NCBI GenBank assembly: GCA_004431415.1
Contig: QPMI01000084.1
Location: 1 to 64,000 of the forward strand
Direction: 5' to 3'
Length of the DNA: 64,000 bases
From: Cyanophora paradoxa CCMP329
Taxonomy: Eukaryota > Plantae > Glaucophyta
Shown: positions 1 to 11,759 of the stretch, piece after piece
How positions within the stretch are numbered: the first letter of the stretch is position 1
Layout of the letters: every line of letters begins with the position of its first letter
Program-made: the position numbers and the translations under genes
Notes under the pieces: generated by a model
What the model saw: only the letters and a program-made list of their open reading frames with translations
Told to the model about the DNA's origin: nothing
Databases searched by the model: none

Positions 1-383
1 CTCAGGGCTGAACCAGATCCCGCCGACATCGACACGCTGCAGATCAAGGGCGTCTACCTGGAGCTGGACACGACCGCGATTCCGGACCCCACCGCCGCGA
101 AAACCGTCAACGTTCTGCTGATGGACGTGCCCGACTTGAACGTCACGACCATCTCGAACGTCAACACGTGCATCAACAAGGTCGTGATCCGACGTGGGGC
201 CACGACGGCCTCGAGAACACCATCCTCTACTGGTTCGAGGTGCCCATGGCCGTGCGCCCGAACTACGTCGCGTACGACAAGTTCCAGGAGCTGCGCGTGC
301 GCTTCACCGACATCACGGGCGCCACCAAGAAGAACAACGCCTTCATCGTCAAGAACTTCGGCCTCTGGGCCTTTGCGAAATAG
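1..383 (+). pseudogene. Minor capsid (penton)-like protein, C-terminal part, frameshifted
   Basis: Frame 1 ..IKGVYLELD..VLLMDVPDLN.. continues after a shift into ..FQELRVRFTDITG..FGLWAFAK*, resembling the single jelly-roll penton C-terminus (L.V.FTD..G). Confidence 0.45.
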
Positions 384-404
384 ATTTTCGCAGGCCCCCC
401 TTAA

Positions 405-880
405 ATGCGCCTGATCATATTCCCGCGAAAGGGCTCGGGCGTCAAGACGCGCACCTTTACGGGCGTGCCTGGCTACCCCTCGCCCCTCACTTACAGAGTC
501 GATCTTGTAACCGCCTCTGGTCCAATTAAATACGGGCTGCTGCACAGCCTCAGTCACATCCGTCTCGGCGAGAGCGCATGGCAGGACTTGGCCTTAATCG
601 TAGAATTCGAGTACAGGGGGTAGACACGCTAACGGGCGAGCACGTTTACAGGGTACGGGTAGCAAGGGAGGGGTACTCGCTGCCGAACGGCACGGGCGGG
701 GAATACTGGGAGCCGAAAATACGCGACGCCTCCGAGGCCTACCGCTGGCTGCGTGACGAGCAGATCACTATCAGGCCCGATTACCCCTACGCCGACGTTT
801 TCTGGCAGGTGCCCGTGGGCCGTTGGACAACGGGCGAGGTGAGCGGCAAGCTGAAGTGGACGTGGGACGCGGAGCATTAG
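405..880 (+). CDS. Hypothetical protein (one frameshift in the G-run near 616-620)
   Basis: ORF 405-623 (..VEFEYRG) continues in ORF 578-880 (VDTLTGEH..WDAEH*); TTAA-ATG leader. Confidence 0.5.
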
Positions 881-905
881 TTAATTTTTCTCTCTCGCGG
901 ATAAA

Positions 906-3900
906 ATGTCGATGCTCGACGACCCCTGGCGCATGGCCATCCCGAATCCGGACGAGGTGCTGAACGGCGCCTTCGCGATAGACGGGAGCCTGACGTGGGG
1001 AATTTACCGGACGAGATAAGGCTGCGCAAGGGCGCGACCTACAGCGATTTCCTGACGTCCGTCGGTACTTGACGATTACGTGACCTCACCGCATATCAAG
1101 GGGCTCTGGGGCGTCACGACCGAGCGGCGTGGATGGAACATTATTAAAGGCGGCCGACGTGAAAATCGCAAAACTCCGTTACAGCGAAAGACGCCACCTG
1201 AACTCGTGAAACTGACTCTAAAGGGCGCAGAGGGGACGTTGAGGCCCCGGGTACAACGCACTCGAGCGCATCGCGGCCCCTGCGCCACATCTACTGGAGC
1301 CGCCAGGCGCTGCCGAGCATGGAGCCGAGCCAGTACAGGCGCGACAGGAGGAGTTTTTCGCGTGGTTCGACCACTTCAAGGTGAACATCCGCGCCCTGAG
1401 CGCCGACAGGACGGGCAGACGCCGAGACGACGGCGGGGGCCGCATCCCAACGGCACCCGACGTGCTCCCCGATCGCTCAGACTGGGCGAAGACGCAGAAC
1501 TGGGCGCTGAAGGACCACTTCCACGACGAGAGGTACGCCCTCGTCAAGCACCCGCATGTGAAGGCCGACATCACGGACTGGCGCACCGCCACCTGTACGA
1601 CGACATCATCGCGGGCCCAGGTGCCCGGCGCGATTCCGGGTGGGTGTACGGCGCGGCGGAAGCACGGGAGGTGGGGTACAGGCACGGGGTGGGGTACAGC
1701 ACCGGGGTGGGGGTACAGGCACGGGGGGCGGAGGGGGCTCCAGTGGCACGCCCGTGGAGGGGCGGGGTAGCAGCGGCTCGGGTGGCGGCGGCTCGGGCGG
1801 AGAGAGCGGCGGAGGGGTACGCTCGTGCCGATCCTTGTACAACAAACGGGAATCTTCGGCGCGGCCCTGATTGCAGGCGGTGCAAAGTACTACAGGGTCG
1901 GAAGGCGTACGAAAGGGACATTGCAGAGCTGCAGAAAGATAACAAAACGATCGTTTACTCAGACGAGCAGGTGAGAATACTGGCAGAGGAGCTGAGACAA
2001 GGGAGCGGCAATTTACGAAATGAGGACAGCGGCGAGAAAAAGATAGCGGACGATTTGAAAGGAGCGAGCCGATAGAATTGAGAATCCCTGGAGGCCGAGG
2101 AGAAAGCGAGATCCGGAAGAGAGAGGCCGATAGGATCGTGGAAAACGCGATAGGGAGGCAAAGAGCAGGCAAGGACCGAGCTGGAGAAACTGGACATGGA
2201 AATAGCAAACAAGGTCAACTAGCAAACGAGGTCGAAGATGGGCAAAAGATGCTTGGACGATGAGCGAAAGGCAGCGGAGGAGCAAGCCAGAAAAGCAAAG
2301 GAGGATTAAGGCAGCTCGAACTGCGAGAACAGGAGAGCAGAAGCAGAGGGCCGCATCCACCATACGATTCAACTAGAGCAGCAAGTGAAAACGCTGACGG
2401 CCGAGCTGCAGAGGATAGGGACGGCTGTTCCAAGGGCACAATGGAGACGCAGACGACGCAAGGCCCGATCCAAGCCGGCCGCCGAGAGGCTGCCCTTCGC
2501 GGCTGGGTAGGAGCGACCAGGTGGAAGAGCTCATTGGCCTCACGCTCGAGGATCAGAGGCCCTCTTCGACGCGTTAGAGCAGCGGCGCAGGGCGGACGAG
2601 GAGGCAGCTGCCAGACAGAAGAGGAACGACTGAAGCAATGCAAACTGCATCAGACGAGGAATTTGCACGGCTGGAGGAGCCGAAGGTAGCGGAGCGTAAG
2701 CGACGACTGGAGACGTTCAGGGGGCGCCAGATGGATTTTTACCGCTCGGAGCTCAAAAGACTGAAAGAAGGAAATGCATCGGGGGACAGGCTCCGCGCCT
2801 GGAAGAGAACATGCGCGACTTTAGCTACGTTATGGATCAGCTGACGGAAGGGGTCAGAAAGACGCCGAAGAACTGAGGAGAAAGATGGCCGATGAGAAGT
2901 GGAAAAACTTTGAGCGTCAGGCTGTTCAGAGGCCCATCAGCGATGCCATCTGGATAGCATACGGCGACGTGGAGGAGATGCACAGAGAACTGCGGACGGA
3001 AGCGAGCCTGTGGCGGGAGCCTCGAATGGTCACTGTACCGGATACAAAAGGGGAGTTTTTGGCAGAGCTGCGAGCCAATCCGAAAACGGTGAGCGCGGCG
3101 CACAGAGCGCGTACCTCTCCATGGTCGATTACGTGGGCAAGCTGAGCAAATTTTGGGAAATGCGAAGAGCCATCATTCCAGCGGAGGGGCTCGCGCAGTA
3201 CGATGCCATGTGCGCGATCTGGAGGCCTTCAAACGTGAGCACCCACCCGCCAATACAAGATTCACATAGATACGACGGCATTCATGGGCGATCTAAGGAA
3301 GAGAGGAGACGAGGCCAAGAGTCAGATCGAGGAGCGCTACAGAAAGGCCCAAGCGGACAAGGAGTACGCAAACAGGGTGATCGAAGAGCGGAAGCAGCAA
3401 GCCAAGGAGAACGCGGCGAGACGCAACGCCGAGATAGAAGAGCAGAGGCGGAAGATCGCAGAGCGCAAGGCGGCAGAGGAAGAGGCAAGAAAGACCAAGG
3501 TAGAGACAGAGTACCAAGCATTGAAACGGAGGCCAATCAACTGTTAAAAGGAGGGAAGGGCCTACGCCGACGAGGGCGCGGGCGTGGGCTCGGCCAGCCC
3601 GGACGACATCACCCTCGCGGAAAGGGACGACGTTTCCGTAGAGGAAATGCGCCGGGCACGGCTCGCCTGCCCTCCGAGGCGTATTTCAGACGCTCGACAG
3701 GCGCGTGATGGCGACTCGGACGTTATTCTGCGCAACGCCTCATGCCCTACGGCGACTGGAACCGCGCCACCGCCGACGCCCTTGCGATTTCGACCTCGAG
3801 CGATTCACCACCAAAGAGCAGCGCGACGCCTTCCTGGGGCGCCCGAGGGCCAGGCGGCCCGGGGTGGCCAAGGAGGCCTTCAGCGCAGAGACCCTCTTCT

Positions 3901-5936
3901 CCGCGGCGGGTACGGCGAACAACGACGGCATGTCTTTCGGGGCAGCCGATTTATTTCAGGGGGCGGGCATCGACTTGGTGGGCGCCGGGCTGGGGGGTAC
4001 GGGCTCGCGGGCCATGCGGCGGGCGGGCGCGGCGGCGGCGGGCCTTGGGCTGGCGACGGCGGGCGGCCTGCTCTCGGCCTACCAGGCGCTCTCGCAGGGC
4101 AAGATAGGGGAGGCCGAGTTTTCGATACGTTCCGCGATCAGATGATCATGACGGTCGGCTCTTTTGGCCTTCAGACGGGCATGTCGTCCGCCCTGAGCGC
4201 CCTCACGAAATGAGGATCGCACGGTGGGCGGACTTGGCCTGTCCATCCTCGCGGGCGCCATCGCGCAGGTGATCGTGGATATCATCAACGGGCGCAGCGC
4301 GGAAGAAATCGTGAAGAACTTTTTCAAGTACCCCGTTGACTGGGCGGCCGACACCATCCAGTTCATCGCGCAGCTATCGCAGCAGATCTACGACTGGGGC
4401 GTCGAGACGTGGGGCGACGAGGCGAGCCAGCTGCGCAACCGAATTAATCGGCTGGAGGGCGAGCTGGGCTCCGGATTTTTGGGTGTGTACGACCCCTCGG
4501 AGGCGCGCGAAATGGCCTCGCTCTTGGCCCAGGAGCTGCGGTTAAACGAAATCAAGGAGCCGAAGGAGCTGCAGGCCTTCATTCGCGCGCTCGACAACAG
4601 CATCAACGATTACCGTACCCCCAAGACCAGAAGACCCTGCTCGAAATCGATCGCGCGACCGTGCTCTTCCTCTCCCAGCTCACCGTTAAAATGCAGGAGG
4701 GCTTCGGGTCGACTTCGCTCGCCCTGAGTCGACTTATGCGCGACCTGAAGCAGATGATAAAGGAGGAGACCAAGGGGCGGAAGCGCGTCTTAATTGCCGT
4801 CTACCAGGAGGGCCTCAACAGGATCAATCACATCGAAGCCCTAAGGCGCGAATTCGGCTCGGCCATCCGTCACTCGGGCGTCTCGTCGAACGGAGGGGCG
4901 CAGGTGGCCGCCTGGCGGACGCCAACTCGCGCCTCGAGATTCCCGGGACCTTCCGCATGCAGGATTGGTGGGAGGCCGAGGCCTTCAGGAATTACGGGGC
5001 CTTCATAGACAACGGGATCAATTCGCAGAGCCCCAAGGCAAACTGGCTGGTACCCAAGGCCTACGTCGATAAATTGGTTGACAGGCCTGCAGCACCATAC
5101 ACCAAGAAGATCGCCAAAGGCATCGAGTACTGGGCGCCCGAGCCAGGCCAGCCCGTGTTTGCATCGCAGAACTACGAGTGGCACATGGCGCCGGGGCGAG
5201 CCAGGCCGTGAGCACCGTGGGCGTTGCCGTGCCGCAGCTGGCGACGGTGGCACACACGGGGGCGTATGCAGATCTCAGCGGAGGCCGACGATACCCGTGA
5301 TACCAACAACGTGGGCGTGGATAGCATCACGGGGAAGCCGAGTACGTATCCCCACGCAGACCACCAGCACACCATCTCTCAGATCAGCGACTGGACGGCC
5401 CGGACTTGACGAACATCTCCGTGGATTGGGACAACGTAACGGGCAAGCCACTTACCTTCCCCCTCTACACACAGTCACAATGTGTACTGGGATAATGTCA
5501 TCGACCGACCCACTTCCTTCCCACCCTCTACGCACAGTCACACAGAGTACTCGCTCACCAGCCACGGGCACAGAAACGTGAACATGGATGCGTACATAAC
5601 GCACGGCACGTCCTTCCACTCCTACGCTGCGTACACGGAGTTTAACATCAATTCAACATACACGGTGACGTTCAACATTACATTCGGACAGGCGTACGAC
5701 ACTGGAGGCGGACTGGGACCCCAGCAAACCCAACGCCGGTTATTAACGTAACCCCCTCGTTCGACATCAATCCCGGCGGCAGCACGGATGTCGATTTCTA
5801 CGGGGCCAACGTCACGGCGGTGAGTCACACTGGCTTTACAGTTAAAGTGAGATTCCAACCCAGAATGACGGTCACGCCCACCCAAATTGTCCAGCTTTTT
5901 ATTCATTGGACCGCGATCGGCAAGCTGCTTATGTAA
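906..5936 (+). pseudogene. Giant (~1650 aa) fibre/tape-measure-like protein, multiply frameshifted
   Basis: ATAAAATG start. HxH repeats (HPHVKADITDW, GKPSTYPHADHQHTISQISDW, PTSFPPSTHSH), a Gly linker, long charged coiled-coil (~1900-3550), a Gly/Ala hydrophobic segment (~3900-4300) and a C-terminal gp53-like domain ending FIHWTAIGKLLM*. Confidence 0.55.
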
Positions 5937-5959
5937 TCGATTTTCTGATGCAATCCAAA

Positions 5960-7018
5960 ATGTCGGTCGCTGTCCCTCTATTTACCTATGCTGCCAGCGT
6001 GAATCACAAGGGCGATCACACGATTAAGGAGACCACCCTCGGAAACCAGGCCACCGAGGCCCCTACAACGCCACGGCCGTCCCCTTTTCCGAGGCCGACC
6101 TCGTCCGCGTCGGCGAGCTGCGCTGCGACAAGATGCGCACGCGGGAGGGCGGGTCGGCCGTGCCGGGGCGCGTGAGGACGCAGAGGCTCACCGTCACGAA
6201 CGGGGCCTGGGACGGGAGCGGGTACACCACGAATCAGGTGACCTTTAATGGGACTGTGAACGGGGAGGGGAATGCGGCTCTGTATGTGCAAGGAGGCGGA
6301 GCAAACGTGGTGGGGGGCTTAGGGTGAGCGGGGCTTCAAACTTGGCGGGCATCGTTACATTGGACGATAAGCTGCAAATTACCGGAACGTCACCGTACAT
6401 AAATGGCGGTGGTTCAGGCGTAGCTATAAAGTACAACGAAAACGATAGACTCCTCTGTGGGACTCTTGGCGTTGGTGTTACAGGTACTCTATTTACCTCG
6501 GCAATCGAAGGCCCTACTAATGGCCTAAGCATAGCAAACACTTCAATCGTTGATAGCGGAAGCGTCAGCTCTGGTCTATCCTTGAGAAACAACGGCACCG
6601 AACGACTGCTGTGCGGAACCGTCGGCGTTGGCATCACGGGTCGGCTCATCGTCTCGACGCTCACGGGCGATGGAAACCGAGCCGTTTATTCGGATGCTCA
6701 AGGATACCTGACAAACTCGTCGAGCGATAGCCGCCTGAAAGAAAATGTCGCGAGCATGTCGGGCATTCTCCCTCTTCTGCTGCAGCTGAATCCCGTGTCG
6801 TTCACCTGGAAGAACACATCCTCGGGGGTTCGAAAACGGATTACGGTCTCATCGCACAGGAAGTCCAAGGCGTCTTCCCGAGTCTCGTTTTCGAGAACGC
6901 GGATGGATTTCTCGGGGTAAACTACGACAGGCTCATTTCCCTGTCGTTGAAGGCAATTCAGGAACTTTCACAAGAAGTTCAAACTCTCAAAGACCAGGTA
7001 GCGGCACTGGCGAGCTGA
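5960..7018 (+). CDS. Fibre protein with C-terminal intramolecular chaperone (Peptidase S74) domain, frameshifted
   Basis: SSDSRLKENV..LLQLNPVSFTWK..(shift)YGLIAQEVQGVFPSLV..GFLGVNYDRLISLSLKAIQELSQEVQTLK. Internal repeat RLLCGT(L/V)GVG(V/I)TG x2. Confidence 0.75.
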
Positions 7019-7038
7019 TCTGGAACAACTAGGAATAA

Positions 7039-9170
7039 CTACACCGCGAGTATCACAATTCGACCGTTGCCACCGTCGCTGAAAGACGAGCCACCGTTGC
7101 CGCCCCTACCAATGCCTGCTGCGTAGTGAGCGTCTCCGCTATTTCCTGCCACCTGGCCGGACCCAGGATACACCGTAGCATCCGTCAAGTTTCCTATGTA
7201 GCTCGAGCCACCGCCACCTCCAAACATTCTTGCTATTGGGTTCTCTGACACTCCGCTCCTGCTGGACCCAGAGCCTCCACCGAAGTAACCACCACCACCA
7301 CCACCACCGAACCTGTAGCCGCTTGAATCAGGCCAGTCTCTCCACCTTGGCGCAAAGTTCCCGGGTTGCTGGGCCTGGCCCCTGAGGCCACAACACCGGC
7401 TCCGCAGCGGTTTGGGTGCCTCCTTGAGCCGGTATCTCTCCGGTTACTCCAACCAACCCAGCCGCACCACCGGTCAACCCCCCGCCTACTCCCCCGCCGC
7501 CATTCGAATCACATGTACCCCACCTCCGGCCCCTGCAACAACCAAGTCGGTCCCTGCAACGCGCTGAATTGCAGAACGACCACCACCGGCGCCGTTTTTG
7601 TACTCCGGATCGACGCTATGGCTCCAGCCCCTTCCACCACCTCCGTAGACGGTAGCAGTGGCAGTCCCGATACACCCTTTGGGCCGCCGCATCCAACAAC
7701 AAGGATGAGCGTCTCCCCCGAGGACACAGCCAATGTACCAACTACGCAAGCACCCGCGCCTCCACGGACCCCCGTACCTGCGCGTTCTCCGCCTCCACCC
7801 CGGCCGCCCATACGATGACACGCACAGCCACAGTCCCCGTTGGTACTACGAAAGTCTGGTCGGCCCCGGTGTAGGAGAATGTACCCAAAACAGGAGCGTT
7901 TGCAGTTGTTGCACTGGCAGACGAGGACTGAGGGCCTTCCTCGCCGATCTGGTTGACGCCCTTGATGGTGTAAGTGTAAGTGGTTCCGTAAACGGTCGTT
8001 GTGTCCGAAAAGGGGCTGCTCGTGTCGCTGGCAAGGAACACGCCACCCCTGTAGATGTTGTAGGAGACGGTGACGCCCGTCACCGGCACCGACCACTCGA
8101 GCACAACAGGCTGTGCTGCCCCCGCCGCGGGGTTGCAGTGAGCCCAGTGGGCGCCCCGGGTCCGTGGTGACGTACGCCGCAATACTCTTCGGCCCTCCCC
8201 TCCCGTGTTCGTCGCGGAGATCTGGTACTCGTACCCTGTACCCAGACGGTGGTCGTGTCGCTGTAGGAGTTGGTCGCGGAGTCTGTGAGGTAGGCCCCGT
8301 CTCTGTAAATCTTGTATCCCGTCGCTCCCGTGGACGCAGTCCAGCTGAGGCTGACAGGCTGCTGCTGGTCGTTGGGTGCTGATGCCGTCACGTTCGTGGG
8401 GGCGTTTGGCATAGTCCAGACCAGGAGCGGATCGGACTTGTCGTATTCGACACCGCCCACGATGCCGGCCACCTGGTAAGAGTATTCCGTGCCCCACGTA
8501 AGAGCAGTGCTATCGTCAATGTACGAGGTAGACAGGGCACTGCTCGCAAATCCGATTGGCGTACCGTTCCTGTAAATTCGAATCGAGTCCGCGCCCTCCA
8601 TGGCCACCCAGTTGATTGTGACGACTATGGCGGGTTTCGGGAAGCCCGAAGACGCGGGGCCGCCCCGGCAATAAAATCGCCGTAGGTCTGGGCCGTGGCG
8701 GTCGTGAGCGTGGTGTAGGCTTCGATCTGCGGGCTGAAGCCGCCTATGCCTTGGAAGAGAATGTAATTGCTCATGGCACCCTCGTGGGTGTAGAGAAGCG
8801 ACTGTGCGTAGGTTGTGGGCGGGGCTTTGCCATCAGAGCCCGTGCTGCTGCTGCCCTGTTCGCGAACCGCCGCCACGCGGTAGAGTCGCTGGGCCCCCAA
8901 ACTAAAGGGAGAGTCCGTGTAGGTGACGGTTGGCGCATTCACCGTGGCCACGAGATCCCAGGGGCCGTTGATGCTGGTCGCCCTGTACACCTTGTACTTG
9001 ACGGCGTTGGTGACCGCGACCCAGTTCAGCTGAAAGCCGTACGTACTGTTCCCGTTGTTGAGCACGGAGCCCGATCGCACCTGGGGCCTGCCCACAGTCA
9101 GCGAGATCGGCTCCACGCCATACTGCGGAGCCTGCACCACCTGCTTTTTCACGAATACGAAGCGGGGCAT
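7039..9170 (-). CDS. Fibronectin type III repeats plus C-terminal glycine-rich domain protein, frameshifted
   Basis: About four FN3-like units (LNWVAVTNAVKYKVYRA, LSWTASTGATGYKIYRDG, LEWSVPVTGVTVSYNIYRGG), then FSYTGADQTFVVPTG..VWAAG and GGGGGYFGG..GGNGRIVILAV*. Confidence 0.7.
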
Positions 9171-9209
9171 TTTCCTCTACGATCCGAAAAAATATCTGCC
9201 CCGGGGTAA

Positions 9210-9890
9210 ATGACTTCCAACTGGTACCAGACCCTCAGCGGCTCACTTGACGTTGGCAACAACACCAAGGATTTCGCACGCATACCCTCCGGCAGTTACG
9301 TCGACGTCTTTCTGCAGAATCCCGTCGTGATTCAGGTCGTTCAGAACGCCTACGCCACGCCCAAGATTTATTCCTACCAGCTCTTCTTCGACCCTCTGAG
9401 CCTCAGCGCAGAGGTTATCGAGCTGCTGCACGAATCAGGACTCGTGAAAAAGGTGGCACCTGCCACGGCCACTGCCAACGTCTTGCGCTGTCTCGAGGTC
9501 AAGTTCAGGGAGACGGGGTACGGCCCCACCGTGAACCGGTACCCCAGTTCTTCGAATCTTCCGGGTACGGGAACTTACCAGATGAGGGGTACGCTCAAGG
9601 GCGACGTGCTCTTCACGAAATTCAATCCAAGTCCCGCGACCCTGGGGGCCCTCTACACGGGCGGCAACCCACGCGGCTCGACTCTACCCCGCTTCCCCTT
9701 CACCTTTTTCAGGTTCCAGGTCTTCCCCCTCTCCTACGCCGCCGACCAGCCCCACTTCAGCACGGGCGCCAGCCTCTGCGCGGAGCTGCGTGAGTGCTCG
9801 ATTTCCTACGCGTACGGCACCGACGCTGACTCTGTGCCTGGGGCCCGCGTCATGAACATCGGTGGCGACATCACCCTCTTTCACGGATAA
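9210..9890 (+). CDS. Hypothetical, probably virion, protein (paralog of 9914-10726)
   Basis: Intact 226-aa ORF sharing QNPV, SGL(V/L)KK, LE(V/L)KF, NPR...PR..FT.F.F and L.AEL.E with the next ORF. Confidence 0.7.
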   Translation: MTSNWYQTLSGSLDVGNNTKDFARIPSGSYVDVFLQNPVVIQVVQNAYATPKIYSYQLFFDPLSLSAEVIELLHESGLVKKVAPATATANVLRCLEVKFRETGYGPTVNRYPSSSNLPGTGTYQMRGTLKGDVLFTKFNPSPATLGALYTGGNPRGSTLPRFPFTFFRFQVFPLSYAADQPHFSTGASLCAELRECSISYAYGTDADSVPGARVMNIGGDITLFHG

Positions 9891-9913
9891 TCTTTCTCAT
9901 TTGAGGTCGCAAA

Positions 9914-10726
9914 ATGCCGACCACCTCGGCCACCATCGTGAAGACCGTGTCTGCCGGCTCGATCGTCCCCGATTTCTACGGCAACGCTGGGAACGTGGCC
10001 AACGCAGGGACGGACAAGGTGGAGTGGGACGGAAACTACGCCACCCCGCTCACCGTGAGGGTCCAGAATCCCGTCATGTTGCGCGTCACCTCCAACGATT
10101 TCGAGAATCCCGCCTCCTGCTCCGTGTACGTGTACTTTGACATCGACTCGGGCGTGAGCGCGGATGAGGCGGAGGCGCTCTGGCTCTCGGGCCTCCTGAA
10201 AAAGATAGAGCCCTCTGTGCCTGATCGGCCCGCCATTCGCGTGCTCGAACTCAAGTTCACCGCTAACACCGCCCTCACTCGCAAATTCGGGAATGGTGCG
10301 AATCCGAACATCAAAACGCATTTAGATGGCGCCCTCATCGATGCCACACACAAGACCACGCAGGCCGTTCCCTTTGAGATGTACAACCTCTGGAAGATGA
10401 CCGCAAAGGAGATGATGACGAATGCCACCACGGGCGGCGCCTCGGGTACCGATTATTCATACGGCGCCTCGAATCCCCGTACCCAGGTCTGGCCCCGGCT
10501 CCTCTTCACGAAATTCACTTTCAAATTGTACAACAACATCGCCGGAATGCCTACCTCTGGAATGGTCGTGGGCTCTACCCTCATGGCCGAACTAATTGAG
10601 GCAGAGGCGGACTACACGACTGCGACTACCAACTCGACAGCGCCAGGCGCCGGAGCCGAAGTTTACGTGGCCTGGGAAACGGTCGGTCGCGAGTACGACA
10701 CCAAGATTCACACCACTAGCGTCTAG
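9914..10726 (+). CDS. Hypothetical, probably virion, protein (paralog of 9210-9890)
   Basis: Intact 270-aa ORF with the shared motifs above. Confidence 0.7.
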   Translation: MPTTSATIVKTVSAGSIVPDFYGNAGNVANAGTDKVEWDGNYATPLTVRVQNPVMLRVTSNDFENPASCSVYVYFDIDSGVSADEAEALWLSGLLKKIEPSVPDRPAIRVLELKFTANTALTRKFGNGANPNIKTHLDGALIDATHKTTQAVPFEMYNLWKMTAKEMMTNATTGGASGTDYSYGASNPRTQVWPRLLFTKFTFKLYNNIAGMPTSGMVVGSTLMAELIEAEADYTTATTNSTAPGAGAEVYVAWETVGREYDTKIHTTSV

Positions 10727-10762
10727 ACTGGCTAAGCTGCATTAGCACCTGTGTCGCCTCCA

Positions 10763-11079
10763 TCATCTCCCGAATCTCCTCGCTCTTCTCCTGTAAATTG
10801 GCGTACCCCTCCTCTTCTTGCGAATCTCCGACATTGATGCCCAGCGCAGGTTCTCCCTCCTGTAGTCCAGCGGGTTGCCGTTGATGTGTTCCACGTAGCG
10901 TCCACGTGGCGACTTCCCGAGGATCAGCTGGGAGAGGTAGTGCTTGCGCCCTCCAAACGTCTTGCTCACCCTGTCCCTGTCCACTCTCCAGGGAAACTCC
11001 AAGGCACTCGGGGTACGTCCGAGTTGACCAGGACGTTGTAGGCGACGTCTTGCGAGTCGGTGCACCGGAGCAGGGCCAT
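10763..11079 (-). CDS. HNH endonuclease (HNH_3-like), frameshifted near the 5' end
   Basis: [29 protein letters not shown]; AAAATG start at 11079. Confidence 0.65.
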
Positions 11080-11100
11080 TTTGCCCTAGGTTCAGAAAAA

Positions 11101-11197
11101 CCTGGGACTTGGGACTTGGGACTTGGGACTTGGGACTTGGGACTTGGGACTTGGGACTTGGGACTTGGGACTTGGGACTTGGGACTTGGGAAGAGTT
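11101..11197 (+). repeat. (GGGACTT)12 heptamer array, CCTGGG(ACTTGGG)nAAGAGTT
   Basis: 12 perfect copies at 11104-11187. Confidence 0.95.
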
Positions 11198-11626
11198 GAA
11201 ACCCAGGTCCCGGCCCAGACTTTCTCCAGGATCAGAAATTTGTCAGACAAGTCAGGTGAGTTTTTCTACCGACTTTTTTACTCCTACCACTCCTCATACT
11301 CTTTTTTACTCGTAGTCTTTTTTACTCGTAGTCTTTTTTACTCGTATCCCATCTCGTACCCTCCTTCTCTCGACATCTCACACGAAAACTCCTACCCCTC
11401 TTCACATCCGTTTTCGGTTGCATACTCTCGTGAGCTTTCATGTCCAGTATCATGCTACAAGTCGTACACCAGTTCAGACTCTACCTCGCTTGAAATCTCA
11501 CCTGGAATGTCACCAGAAACGTCATATGCAGATTTCCGTACCCCTCTACATGTCTGCCCGGTGGTTAGGGACTTGGCGCGGCAAACTCTCAGATCCAGAG
11601 AGATTCTGGGCCCAGACCCTGAGTCT

Positions 11627-11688
11627 AACTCTTCCCAAGTCCCAAGTCCCAAGTCCCAAGTCCCAAGTCCCAAGTCCCAAGTCCCAGG
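11627..11688 (-). repeat. (GGGACTT)7 heptamer array, inverted relative to 11104
   Basis: AACTCTT(CCCAAGT)7CCCAGG. Confidence 0.95.
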
Positions 11689-11759
11689 ATCGCGCCAAGT
11701 CGTAACTGAATAGTCGGCCAATTTTTACAAGTATGTACAATGGAATGACGCAATACTAT

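Noticed and set aside
1-11079. Bacterial prophage contamination
   Set aside because: No Shine-Dalgarno pattern, terminase or portal seen; leaders resemble the PLV genes and the DNA is contiguous with spliced host genes. Not fully excluded without the left half.
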